This document shows positions 38,416 through 46,856 of a stretch of 46,973 nt of DNA, one piece after another. The DNA is taken from positions 1-46,973 of IMG/VR virus record IMGVR_UViG_3300020045_000984; one strand, 5' to 3'. The position numbers and the translations under genes are program-made. This stretch comes from a virus (Duplodnaviria > Caudoviricetes). The notes under the pieces are model-generated. The model saw only the letters and a program-made list of their open reading frames with translations. It was not told the origin of the DNA and searched no databases. Numbering within the stretch: the stretch's first letter is position 1; each line of letters begins with the position of its first letter.

Positions 38416-38859
38416 ATGAAAGAATCCGCCCTGCCCACTCCCGGTGTTGGCAGCAAATCACAGCATCTGCGCCGCATTGCCACGGCTGTTATCAGTTCGT
38501 TGGAGGTCACTGCGCCTAAGTACACTAACGGTGCCCATCCGAGCGCCGCAGCCCTTAAGGCGTTCTTCGATGCTTGCTCGGTTGCCGCTAACGAAGTTGG
38601 CAAGATCAATCCTACCATGACGTTTACCGCTACCACCAACCCCATCGCTGTCGCCGGTACTACCGCTACGACTGTTGGTAAAGGTGGCTCGGCAGGTACG
38701 GTTACATTTACTAGCAGCGACCCTGCAGTAGCGACGGTTAACTCGACGACCGGACTTGTCACTGGCGTTGCTAAGGGCAAGACTACCATCACGGCGACTA
38801 TGGCTGCTACGGCCACTTATCGCGGTGAAACCATCACTCTCGAAATCACGGTGTCGTAA
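38416..38859 (+). CDS. Ig-like (Big_2) domain virion accessory protein
   Basis: VTFTSSDPAVATVNSTTGLVTGVAKGKTTITAT signature; AGGAGG SD. Confidence 0.85.
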   Translation: MKESALPTPGVGSKSQHLRRIATAVISSLEVTAPKYTNGAHPSAAALKAFFDACSVAANEVGKINPTMTFTATTNPIAVAGTTATTVGKGGSAGTVTFTSSDPAVATVNSTTGLVTGVAKGKTTITATMAATATYRGETITLEITVS

Positions 38860-39104
38860 TGGGTATCGTATCAACTATGGCACCTTCGCGGGCACCCTAC
38901 GCGGTAACGCCACACGCCACCAACCCCCTGCCGCGCGTTCCTAAGGCCCTCTATATTGGGGGCGCTGGGAACTTGACGGTACGAGGGGCAGGCAGTGATG
39001 CAGACGTTACCTTCGTTGGCTTGCCTGCTGGTTGTGTTCTTGACGTGGCTGTGAGCCATGTACGGGCAACCAGTACGGCCACTAACATCGTAGCCCTAGC
39101 ATGA
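38859..39104 (+). CDS. Head-spike base protein (RcGTA Rcc01079-like)
   Basis: AVTP...KALYIGGAGNLTV...VTFVGLPAG..L.V..SHVRATSTATNIVAL pattern. Confidence 0.7.
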   Translation: MGIVSTMAPSRAPYAVTPHATNPLPRVPKALYIGGAGNLTVRGAGSDADVTFVGLPAGCVLDVAVSHVRATSTATNIVALA

Positions 39105-40672
39105 TGCCGGGGTTTGGGTTCGGTAGCTGGCGCGCGCCTCGCGCGGGGGGTGGTGCACCGCCTGTGCCCATCTCTGCACCTGCCACATTCGCAGCGGCGG
39201 GCGATGTTATTCCGATGACCATTTCGCGCCAAGCAGGCGGGGCTATCGTTACCGACTATGACCCCGATGCGGTTCGACCAACGCCTACGGCTACGTATTA
39301 CGTTTCGACAAGCGGCAATATCAACAATAACGGCACAAGCGAGGCCACGCCGGTTAATTCGATCACTTGCGCTGTGGCAATTGCAAAGGCGGCGGGCGGG
39401 ACGGCCTGCATCAAAATCGCCGCTGGAAAATACAAGCGCGGCAACGGCGTGTTTACGCGATCCGGCCAGCCAACCGCAAACGGTGCGTACCGCGCGTGTC
39501 TGAATGTAGGTACGGCGCTAGATCAAGACATTCTTCTTGAACCGCTTGTTCCCGGAACCCGTTGGATTAGCATGATTGAAGTGCAGGAAGGCGGTATCGT
39601 ATTCTCCGCTACCGCTGATCCGAATATCAAGGTTGGAACATGGTCTGGCGCTCTGCCGGGTGTCTTGCTGGTCGATTGGAACAACCTTGACGCTGACGGC
39701 ATCCCGCGCCTTATCACGCCACTGCTGACGACGCCTGCAAGTTCCGCCGCGCCGTGGCCGGAAATTAATGCGCTTTGGACGGCTTACAGTACGGTCAAGG
39801 ACAAGACTACCGACGCTTCAAGCTACGGTATGGGCGCGTCGTGGCTCGATACGGCAAATAGCAAAATCTATGTCCGCACGTTCGACAACCGCTTGCCGGT
39901 AATGAGCGCAGACGTTGATATTCTGGCCAACGATGCGACATTGCGCGGGGCCGAAACCGCTATCACGGCATCACGCACCATGTGGATGCGTGGCGGTATG
40001 TTGATGGGCGGCAAGAACGGCGCTTTCCACGCCTATTCGCCCAGCACGTCTAATGTCCTGACGCTCTATGCCGATGATATGGTGTTCTGGGGTGGCTACG
40101 GTTATGGGGCCATCACCACGGTCAAGCTCGACGCTTCGACTACGCCGTTCGGCGGCAAGTTCATCATGAACAACTGCAAGGGCTACTACAGCCTGTCCGA
40201 TGGCTTTAATTGGCACGGGTCGGGCACTGGTGCGATTAACTCGCCGTTTGTCATCGAGATTGGCAGCAAGTCGAAGTGGTGCGGTTGGAATGCCACGGGC
40301 ACAAACAACGGCACAACCAGCCATGAGACGGTGCGCAAGATTTGCATCAACGGCGAATACCTGAACATCCAAGACCGCGCGATCCACGACATTCAGGCCA
40401 GCCTTAACTGGTATCTCGGATGCACGGCAAGCACCCGCCGCATTGCCGATGCGACTGCGAACAGCCGTGCCGTTGTCGCTCAAGCATCTGCGCAGGTGGG
40501 AACGACCACTATCTGGCTGGACAGCTTCACGCCGGTCAACGGTGCGTTCGGTGCGCCACAAGCGGAATACGACGCCTACAGTTCGGGCGGCATCCTATTC
40601 GCTACGAACATGACTGTGCCCGGATATTCGCCTGCCGGTGGCGGCAGTGCCTTCGCAGCCTACACGCCTTGA
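39101..40672 (+). CDS. Putative head-spike fibre with beta-helix (pectin-lyase-like) region
   Basis: N-terminal MMPGFGFG directly after the spike-base gene; TYYVSTSGN.NNNG and DGFNWH...NNGTTSHE beta-helix-like motifs. Confidence 0.65.
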   Translation: MMPGFGFGSWRAPRAGGGAPPVPISAPATFAAAGDVIPMTISRQAGGAIVTDYDPDAVRPTPTATYYVSTSGNINNNGTSEATPVNSITCAVAIAKAAGGTACIKIAAGKYKRGNGVFTRSGQPTANGAYRACLNVGTALDQDILLEPLVPGTRWISMIEVQEGGIVFSATADPNIKVGTWSGALPGVLLVDWNNLDADGIPRLITPLLTTPASSAAPWPEINALWTAYSTVKDKTTDASSYGMGASWLDTANSKIYVRTFDNRLPVMSADVDILANDATLRGAETAITASRTMWMRGGMLMGGKNGAFHAYSPSTSNVLTLYADDMVFWGGYGYGAITTVKLDASTTPFGGKFIMNNCKGYYSLSDGFNWHGSGTGAINSPFVIEIGSKSKWCGWNATGTNNGTTSHETVRKICINGEYLNIQDRAIHDIQASLNWYLGCTASTRRIADATANSRAVVAQASAQVGTTTIWLDSFTPVNGAFGAPQAEYDAYSSGGILFATNMTVPGYSPAGGGSAFAAYTP

Positions 40673-40682
40673 GGATGCTGTA

Positions 40683-43600
40683 ATGCCCAAATTCCGGTAC
40701 TCTCTCGATACAGGCTTGTCACACGTCTATCTTGACGTGCCATTGCCCTACACCATTGCCTGCGGGCCATCCCAAACGGTTATCGTGGAGCCGGTTGGGC
40801 CACTGCTGACACTGGCGGCAGTCGCGGACCTGATGCGCGTTGCCGAAGTCACGCAAATGACCGGCGCGCGTACTGCGGTGGTTCCGCAAACATACTTCGA
40901 TGCACAGACAGCGGATGCGTTCAACACCGATAATCACCCCGTCGGTGATCCGCTCATTCCAACGTGTTCAATTTACACGCACAAGGCAATTCGTTCGGGC
41001 AACTGGTCTGATCCTACGATGTGGGATGTTGGCACGATACCCCATGCTGCACCGGATGGCACAGCACTGGTTTGCTCTGGTGAATACGATATTGTTTACG
41101 ATGTGTTTTCCGATGTGCGCATCAAAGATATTCACATCAACGGGCGCGGCTCGTTCAAGGTTCTGCGCACCATGCGCACCCGCCTTTGGGTGGACACGAT
41201 GCTTGTCGATGGTACACTGATTATCGGTGAACCCGGCGCACCGATTATTGACAGCGGCGTTGTGGCCGGCGGCAAACGGCAACCGCAATGTGAAATGGTG
41301 TTCTGGCAATCCGAGGCACCACTGAAAACGGCACGGCTTGGCCTTGTCACATCGGGGCCGGTGCGCATTCAAGGCGCTGCCAAAACGTCACGCCTTTATG
41401 CCACGGACACCATTGCAGCCGGTGCGACGACGATCACGTTGGTTGACGTGCCTTCCGGTTGGCAGATTGGCGACGAAATCCTTATCCCGTCCACGGAATA
41501 CGGCGGTACATCAACCAGTGACCCGCAATACCTTGGTCCGCTGACATACAACCACTTGGCCGTCACCACTGCCAACCAGTTTATGCTGAATGTGCAGGAT
41601 GAAGTTCGCACGATCACGGACATTTCTGGCACGGTAGTCACGCTCAACAGCGCATTGACCTATGCGCACAACCGCTACACCCGCACCATGCCACGCGGGC
41701 AGGTGGTGGACCTTAAGCCAATTGTGGCGATGTTGACGCATTCGATCCGCTTCCGCACGGCTGACAGCAACGATACTGCAATCTGGTCGGGCGCTAACTT
41801 AGCTGTCCGTCAGAAGCGCGCGCATATGATGTTCATGCTGCATGACGACATCGAAATTCGCTATGCCGAAAGCAAGAACATGGGTCGCACGGACACAGAC
41901 CCTTCGCTGGCTGATCCGGGCGGCGCTATTCGCTATGCCAGCGTCGGCACATCACAACCCATAACTGACGTAAACAACGTCCGAGGTCGCTACCCTTGGC
42001 ACATCCACCGCACTGGCGCTTACTTTGGCCGGAAGCAAGTCGTGCTTAAATCCGTCTCATCATGGGCACCGCCTGCCGAATATCCGATACCCGGCTGGGC
42101 AATTACCCATCACGATAGCCGTGCAGCGATTGAGGATTGCGTGGTCTACAACGTCCGGGGCGCTGGCATTGTCTCCGAACTAGGCAACGAAACTGGCCAA
42201 TGGATCAACAACACGGTCGCATGGTGTCGCGGTGATGGCCATCTGTTTTACTGGGCAGAGCGCGCCGAGGAATGGACAAACCACAACGGGCATATGGGCG
42301 CGGCTTATGAGAACCAAGCGCGCCAAATCCTTCAGCAAGGCAACACTGCTCATTCGGCAAGAGTTGGCTGGATGGTTATGCAGCAAGTGACCAATGCGCT
42401 CTCTCGCGTCCCTGATGGGGATAGCCTGCGGTATCGTGACCCGCTTGCGCAAGGTGGTGGGACGAACGTAGGTGGCGACTACAGCCTAGACAATGACACC
42501 TACGGCATCGAACAAGCGCAGTTCCCCGACTTCTTCGATAACCACGCCTTTGGTTGCGGTAATGCGTTCTGGCGGGCGCATGTCGTCAACATAGACCGGC
42601 GCGACAAAACGCCGTTTATTTTCAAGCGCTTCCACTCAATCAACTGCGGTGTCGCCTACCATTTGATAAACTACACCTATGTGTATTATTTCTATGAATG
42701 CTTATGGATTGGGCACAGCCAAGTTAGCGCATCGGGGGCTAATCTGGGGCCGGTTTCATGGGAGCATGGATTTGTGAACATGCGTCTTGAGCGCATGGCA
42801 TCTGGCTTCCTTGATACAAACCACGGCATCGGTTACCAGACATATTGGATTGATATAGAGTTTGGTTCAGGCGCATGGGGAGTGACAAATCCCTTCAATG
42901 GCGCGAATGTGCTGGATTTTGGCGTCGATCCCACAACTAGGCCAACCTACGGCTTGATGGGGCCGTGGACGGTTACAGGAGCCACAACAGCCAAGCCTCG
43001 CACATGGGCTAACTTGACGGCGGTAGACCTTCCGCAACCTTACCCATTGGCACCGTTCGGGCCTGACCAGACATTCCGCGATGCGAACCCATGCCCTGCT
43101 GTTGGGCAACTTCCTTATGTGGTGGTCGATCCAACTTCAGACCTGACGATGGGGCCAACGGGTGCTTTTGCCATCACAATTAAAGCAAACATTGTCGATA
43201 GTGTTGGCTACCGTCGTTTTGGGGATTGGCAATCATCCGAAACAAATCACGCTAGCATGACACCTAAGCTGTCCGTGTCGCCAGAGTGGGCAACGGGCAC
43301 AAGTTTAGCGCGGCGGAACGGCGTGTTTAATGATGGCGGCACATGGAAAATGCGGATGTGGTTTAACGACATAGACCGCTATTCCGGCGATCATTTTAAT
43401 TATTCAATCGATGTGACATTGACCGGCTTCGACAGCGGTTTCTTGGCTGCAAACACGGTTGATCCTATGGCCACCAAGCCAGACGTTCCGTTGATGCCAG
43501 AGGCCATTCCAGAAACGGCAATCGGCGCGCATGAAACGCCTTTGGTTGTGACCGGCGCATCGCACAACAACATCGAAAACGAACTTCTATCTATCCCGTT

Positions 43601-44402
43601 GAAAGCAAACACTGGCCTTGTGCGGTGGGCAGTTACAGGCGGCGCTGATGCGGCTGATTTTGAAGTGGCGTTCGTCTCAGGCCAATGGGTGCTGCGCTGG
43701 GCGTCGAACGGTACGAAGGACTATGAAGCGCCTGACGATACGGGGGCGAACAATGTCTATGACGTTCAGGTCACTTGTACCTCGTTCGCTGGCGTTGCTT
43801 CCACGCCGTTCAGCATAGCGGTCACTGTCACTGATCAAGTGGAGAGCGTCGTATCCTTCTCGGATAATTACACATCACCATCCACCGGGTTCATTGATAA
43901 TCGGCTTGGCTACGTTCGCACGGCGGGCACTGCCAACAAGCTATCTGTTTCAGGGGGTCAAGTTAGAGACGAGGGTGTTACCGGAACGACCGTTTACAGG
44001 CTTCCGAATATCTCTCTGATCGACAACTTCCAAGTTCGTGGCGTTTTCCAGAATGCCAGCGGGATGGCTATCGTTCTGGCAAGCCCATCGGGGACGACAA
44101 CATTCACCGGGCGCAGGCTGACATTGGAAAAAATCAGCGATTCTCGTATCGTGGTGCGCTACATCAACACTGCTGGCACACAGACAAGTTGGCCGTTCCC
44201 AGCAACGTCCAGCTTAGTAAAACTGGCAGTCGTGGGGGGTTCCTTTGTTGTGACGTACAATGGAGTGGCGCAGACTTCGACGAACGCTACAGCGCAGACA
44301 TTGGCGGACGGTCTGCCAAGCGATGCACGGTTCCATATGGTTGGTAGCGGAACCTTCGCACAGTCGAATGTCTTTGACGATCTGTTCCTCGGCCCTGCAT
44401 AA
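40683..44402 (+). CDS. Large G8-domain / CEMIP-TMEM2-like beta-helix protein with cadherin-like domain; putative depolymerase or adhesin
   Basis: AIRSGNWSDPTMW...DGTLIIG (G8-like), GWQIGDEILIPST, GRYPWHIH, DYEAPDDTGANNVYDVQV; GAGGA SD supports start at 40683. Confidence 0.75.
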   Translation: MPKFRYSLDTGLSHVYLDVPLPYTIACGPSQTVIVEPVGPLLTLAAVADLMRVAEVTQMTGARTAVVPQTYFDAQTADAFNTDNHPVGDPLIPTCSIYTHKAIRSGNWSDPTMWDVGTIPHAAPDGTALVCSGEYDIVYDVFSDVRIKDIHINGRGSFKVLRTMRTRLWVDTMLVDGTLIIGEPGAPIIDSGVVAGGKRQPQCEMVFWQSEAPLKTARLGLVTSGPVRIQGAAKTSRLYATDTIAAGATTITLVDVPSGWQIGDEILIPSTEYGGTSTSDPQYLGPLTYNHLAVTTANQFMLNVQDEVRTITDISGTVVTLNSALTYAHNRYTRTMPRGQVVDLKPIVAMLTHSIRFRTADSNDTAIWSGANLAVRQKRAHMMFMLHDDIEIRYAESKNMGRTDTDPSLADPGGAIRYASVGTSQPITDVNNVRGRYPWHIHRTGAYFGRKQVVLKSVSSWAPPAEYPIPGWAITHHDSRAAIEDCVVYNVRGAGIVSELGNETGQWINNTVAWCRGDGHLFYWAERAEEWTNHNGHMGAAYENQARQILQQGNTAHSARVGWMVMQQVTNALSRVPDGDSLRYRDPLAQGGGTNVGGDYSLDNDTYGIEQAQFPDFFDNHAFGCGNAFWRAHVVNIDRRDKTPFIFKRFHSINCGVAYHLINYTYVYYFYECLWIGHSQVSASGANLGPVSWEHGFVNMRLERMASGFLDTNHGIGYQTYWIDIEFGSGAWGVTNPFNGANVLDFGVDPTTRPTYGLMGPWTVTGATTAKPRTWANLTAVDLPQPYPLAPFGPDQTFRDANPCPAVGQLPYVVVDPTSDLTMGPTGAFAITIKANIVDSVGYRRFGDWQSSETNHASMTPKLSVSPEWATGTSLARRNGVFNDGGTWKMRMWFNDIDRYSGDHFNYSIDVTLTGFDSGFLAANTVDPMATKPDVPLMPEAIPETAIGAHETPLVVTGASHNNIENELLSIPLKANTGLVRWAVTGGADAADFEVAFVSGQWVLRWASNGTKDYEAPDDTGANNVYDVQVTCTSFAGVASTPFSIAVTVTDQVESVVSFSDNYTSPSTGFIDNRLGYVRTAGTANKLSVSGGQVRDEGVTGTTVYRLPNISLIDNFQVRGVFQNASGMAIVLASPSGTTTFTGRRLTLEKISDSRIVVRYINTAGTQTSWPFPATSSLVKLAVVGGSFVVTYNGVAQTSTNATAQTLADGLPSDARFHMVGSGTFAQSNVFDDLFLGPA

Positions 44403-44515
44403 TGCGCTGGAACACAATATCTCACCTCGCCATGTGGGGCCTGATGGCTCTCATGGCGTGGGATATGTGGGTTATGCCGCATCCTGCTGTGGTGGTGGGG
44501 ATGTGTGGGGGTTAG
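44402..44515 (+). CDS. 37-aa Met/Trp-rich hydrophobic peptide
   Basis: MRWNTISHLAMWGLMALMAWDMWVMPHPAVVVGMCGG*; TAATG overlap with the upstream stop. Confidence 0.4.
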   Translation: MRWNTISHLAMWGLMALMAWDMWVMPHPAVVVGMCGG

Positions 44516-44558
44516 GGCGGCGCGACTGGGAACCCCCTGTCCTAACGCCGCCTTTGTT
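44515..44558 (+). terminator. Possible terminator between convergent units
   Basis: GGGCGGCG/CGCCGCCT stem followed by TTGTT; the loop is long. Confidence 0.35.
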
Positions 44559-44662
44559 GCTGCGGGCCAGTGGGATTCGAACCCACGGATGCCGAAGAGG
44601 ACGCCTCTTCCTGCCCCTAGTCGCGAACTATGCCTTAAACCACTCAGCCATAGCGCCACAGC
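44559..44662 (-). tRNA. Aberrant type II tRNA-like RNA or pseudo-tRNA (Ser-like D arm), anticodon undetermined
   Basis: Minus strand: TGGCTGAGTGGTTTAAGGC D arm, GTGGG-TTCGAAT-CCCAC T arm, long variable arm, shortened anticodon arm, bulged and extended acceptor stem, no CCA. Confidence 0.7.
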
Positions 44663-44668
44663 GGGATT

Positions 44669-44696
44669 GTTTTAACACATCCCCGCAACGTGTCAA
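44669..44696 (-). promoter_or_regulatory. Host sigma70-type promoter for the tRNA-like RNA
   Basis: TTGACA-16 nt-TAAAAC; predicted start near 44662. Confidence 0.6.
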
Positions 44697-44787
44697 AGGA
44701 TCGGGGGTTTTGGTGACTTGACCAATCGGGGTTTTGTCTTATGCTGCCATATCTCCAAAGATGGCTGGCGATGTGACCCGCCAGCCA

Positions 44788-44985
44788 TCAATTAAGCGCG
44801 GTTTGAACGTGTTCAATCACGCGCAAAGTGAGATACTTTTCGCCGTTGCTATCTTCGCCATTGATGAACGACAAATCATGCGGGCCGATCTGCGTTTGGT
44901 TTGTGAGCATCACCTCTCCGCCCATGCCCTTCACCAATATAGCGATGAGTTCGCTTAGGAATGCGGGGTCTTGCTCATCAAGCAT
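44788..44985 (-). CDS. Small hypothetical protein
   Basis: AAAGGA SD before MLDEQDP... Confidence 0.6.
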   Translation of the reverse strand: MLDEQDPAFLSELIAILVKGMGGEVMLTNQTQIGPHDLSFINGEDSNGEKYLTLRVIEHVQTALN

Positions 44986-45014
44986 GGTCCATCCTTTTTG
45001 GTGATCGGCGCTTG

Positions 45015-45404
45015 TTAACTGGTGGGCTTCTTTAGCGCGGTGATCTCCTCTGCGCACTTCCCACAAGCGAACCGCTCACCGAATGACGACAATGGCTGGC
45101 CGGTCGCATATTGTGGCGATGCGAACACCTTCTGCTGATCGATGCAAGCCTTCGCAGCCGCCTCAATCGCAGCGTTCCATCCCCGCACATAGCCTACATC
45201 TTCGCCAGCGTGGAGAGCGTGAGATGGGGCTGTGCCCGCCTTCATGGCGGATATGGCGGCGGTGGCTGCCAACAAAAGGTTCACGTCACCGTCGATTGTA
45301 ATGGCGTCTAACTGGTCGCTGCTGCCAATCCATGCGTCGGATTCCTTGTCCTGCACAAGCGCATCATAAATGGCTTTTGCAACCCGTTCAACGTCCTGCA
45401 TCAT
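45015..45404 (-). CDS. Hypothetical protein
   Basis: AAAGGA SD, ATGA overlap; VERVAKAI and GWNAAIEAAAK patterns of accessory phage proteins. Confidence 0.7.
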   Translation of the reverse strand: MMQDVERVAKAIYDALVQDKESDAWIGSSDQLDAITIDGDVNLLLAATAAISAMKAGTAPSHALHAGEDVGYVRGWNAAIEAAAKACIDQQKVFASPQYATGQPLSSFGERFACGKCAEEITALKKPTS

Positions 45405-45607
45405 GCGTCCTTTCTGGTGAGGGCTTTTTGCAGGTTAACGGCCCGTTTCATAGCCTGCAGCTTGGCCTCTGCTTTATCAGCACGGACCTTGGTGGCTTCG
45501 TGTGCGGCGCGTAGGCTGGCTATCTTTTGAGCAGCTTCACGGCATAGGTCCGTAAGAAGCGTGTCGTCTTCTCTGGCGTTTAGAAGAGCCTCTTCTAAAT
45601 CAGTCAT
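45401..45607 (-). CDS. Small coiled-coil hypothetical protein
   Basis: MTDLEEALL...; overlapping junctions on both sides. Confidence 0.6.
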   Translation of the reverse strand: MTDLEEALLNAREDDTLLTDLCREAAQKIASLRAAHEATKVRADKAEAKLQAMKRAVNLQKALTRKDA

Positions 45608-45920
45608 GGTCGGGGCTTTCTGGTTCGAGGGCTTGGCGGGCGTAGTCAGCCGCAACCGACATGACCATCCCGCCTTTTGCAATCCGCTTCAACGCCTCCC
45701 GAAGCCTAGCAATCTCCGCATCCTTCTCAACCAGCATCTCGGCAAGCACTTGCCGCACCAGCAAGGCGCGGTTGCTGTCTTCCATCGCCCGTGTGCGGTG
45801 GCGGGCGAGGGCTTTAATAATGCGCCCACGTTCATCACGCCGAACTTCAATGTAATCGTCGCTCTCTGGATACGGTTGCGCGCGGATAAATTCTGCGTCT
45901 GTAACTTCGGTTTCGGTCAT
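45600..45920 (-). CDS. Hypothetical protein
   Basis: AAAGGA SD, MTETEV...EIARLREALKRIA. Confidence 0.65.
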   Translation of the reverse strand: MTETEVTDAEFIRAQPYPESDDYIEVRRDERGRIIKALARHRTRAMEDSNRALLVRQVLAEMLVEKDAEIARLREALKRIAKGGMVMSVAADYARQALEPESPDHD

Positions 45921-46105
45921 GGCTGTTTGTCCTTTAGTAAATGTTCCCACCAAGAGAGATTGTCGGCACCGTAGCAGCCGCACATGTGACCATCGCAACA
46001 CATGCGCTCTCGGCCTTCCTTGTCCCAAACGTCCGCCTTCCATTCGCGGAAGTGAAAGCGGTAAAGCCAAAGCATTCGCAGTTTGATCCACAGGTCTTCG
46101 GTCAT
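45917..46105 (-). CDS. Small Cys/Trp-rich hypothetical protein
   Basis: CCDGHMCGC motif; ATGA overlaps. Confidence 0.6.
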   Translation of the reverse strand: MTEDLWIKLRMLWLYRFHFREWKADVWDKEGRERMCCDGHMCGCYGADNLSWWEHLLKDKQP

Positions 46106-46233
46106 GGCTTAGTCTTCCAACATTTGAGGCACATCGAACCTAAGTTCTCGCCGGTTTGGATGTTGACGTACGGTGACTGCTTCCAGTCGTGACGGCAAAA
46201 GAGTTGCCATATCAGCTTCTTGATCCGTCTCAT
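46102..46233 (-). CDS. Small zinc-ribbon-like protein
   Basis: LFCRHDW...CLKCWK; GGAG SD. Confidence 0.6.
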   Translation of the reverse strand: MRRIKKLIWQLFCRHDWKQSPYVNIQTGENLGSMCLKCWKTKP

Positions 46234-46259
46234 GGCTTCATCTCCGTGGTTTCGGTCAT
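46230..46259 (-). pseudogene. 9-codon mini-ORF MTETTEMKP, probable deletion scar or translational linker
   Basis: AGGA SD, ATGA overlaps at both ends, same first 12 nt as the gene starting at 45920. Confidence 0.4.
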
Positions 46260-46678
46260 GGCTGGGTGTCCTGTGTGGTGGGGGTGGCAAGGGCATCGGC
46301 AAGCACTTGTTGCAAAGCCGCGCGCTCGGTAAGTTCAGAGGGTGTCAACGGTTGGCACCACTCGCAACGGCGGGTGCAAAGGCAGCTATCGCCGTCCCAA
46401 GTGTCGCACTGCCAATCCCAGCCACAACCATAGGTGAAGCCTTCGCCGCCGCAATTGGCGCAGTCGTTTGCGTCGTCGTCGAAGTCGATTTCATCCGCGA
46501 GGCACGACGCGCAAAGGTCGCCATGCTTCAACCTGACCGGATTATCGCAGTGTGAGCATTTGGCCCAACCGCCTGACCCTCCGCAATCTCCACAACCGAC
46601 TGTCAGACCATGCGCACCGCAATCCTGCCGGTGCAATTGCCCTGTCCCTGCGCACGTCTCGCATGTCCTAGCTGTCAT
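46256..46678 (-). CDS. Cys-rich protein with DnaJ-type CxxCxGxG repeats
   Basis: CETCAGTG, CGDCGGSG and CANCGGEG plus further CxxC pairs. Confidence 0.7.
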   Translation of the reverse strand: MTARTCETCAGTGQLHRQDCGAHGLTVGCGDCGGSGGWAKCSHCDNPVRLKHGDLCASCLADEIDFDDDANDCANCGGEGFTYGCGWDWQCDTWDGDSCLCTRRCEWCQPLTPSELTERAALQQVLADALATPTTQDTQP

Positions 46679-46856
46679 GGTCTGCAATCCGTTCGGGAAA
46701 CTTGAAGGCAGTGCCTTGGATTTTGCTGTCAATGATCCGGCGCGTTCTGATTTTTCGGTCAGCCGCGCCTTCCTGATAGCCGTCACGCAAGCCGCATAGA
46801 TATGCGAGCGCTATGGCGACCAGAAACATGATGCCGATTGCGATGAAGCCGTCCAT
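46668..46856 (-). CDS. Small membrane-anchored protein
   Basis: GAGGTGA SD; N-terminal TM FIAIGIMFLVAIALAYLCG followed by a basic segment. Confidence 0.65.
   Translation of the reverse strand: MDGFIAIGIMFLVAIALAYLCGLRDGYQEGAADRKIRTRRIIDSKIQGTAFKFPERIADHDS

Larger units (their letters stand above)
1..44515 (+). mobile_element. Autographiviridae (phiKMV-like organisation) podophage genome, core co-oriented part
   Basis: Single-subunit RNAP after primase/helicase/PolA/exo/endoVII/ligase, followed by portal-scaffold-MCP-tail A/B-internal proteins-fibre-holin-terminase, all on the + strand. Confidence 0.95.

Noticed and set aside
44432-44510. Five GTGGG copies as a repeat array or G-quadruplex
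   Set aside because: Spacing is irregular and the copies are largely explained by Met-Trp/Val-Gly codons of the 37-aa ORF
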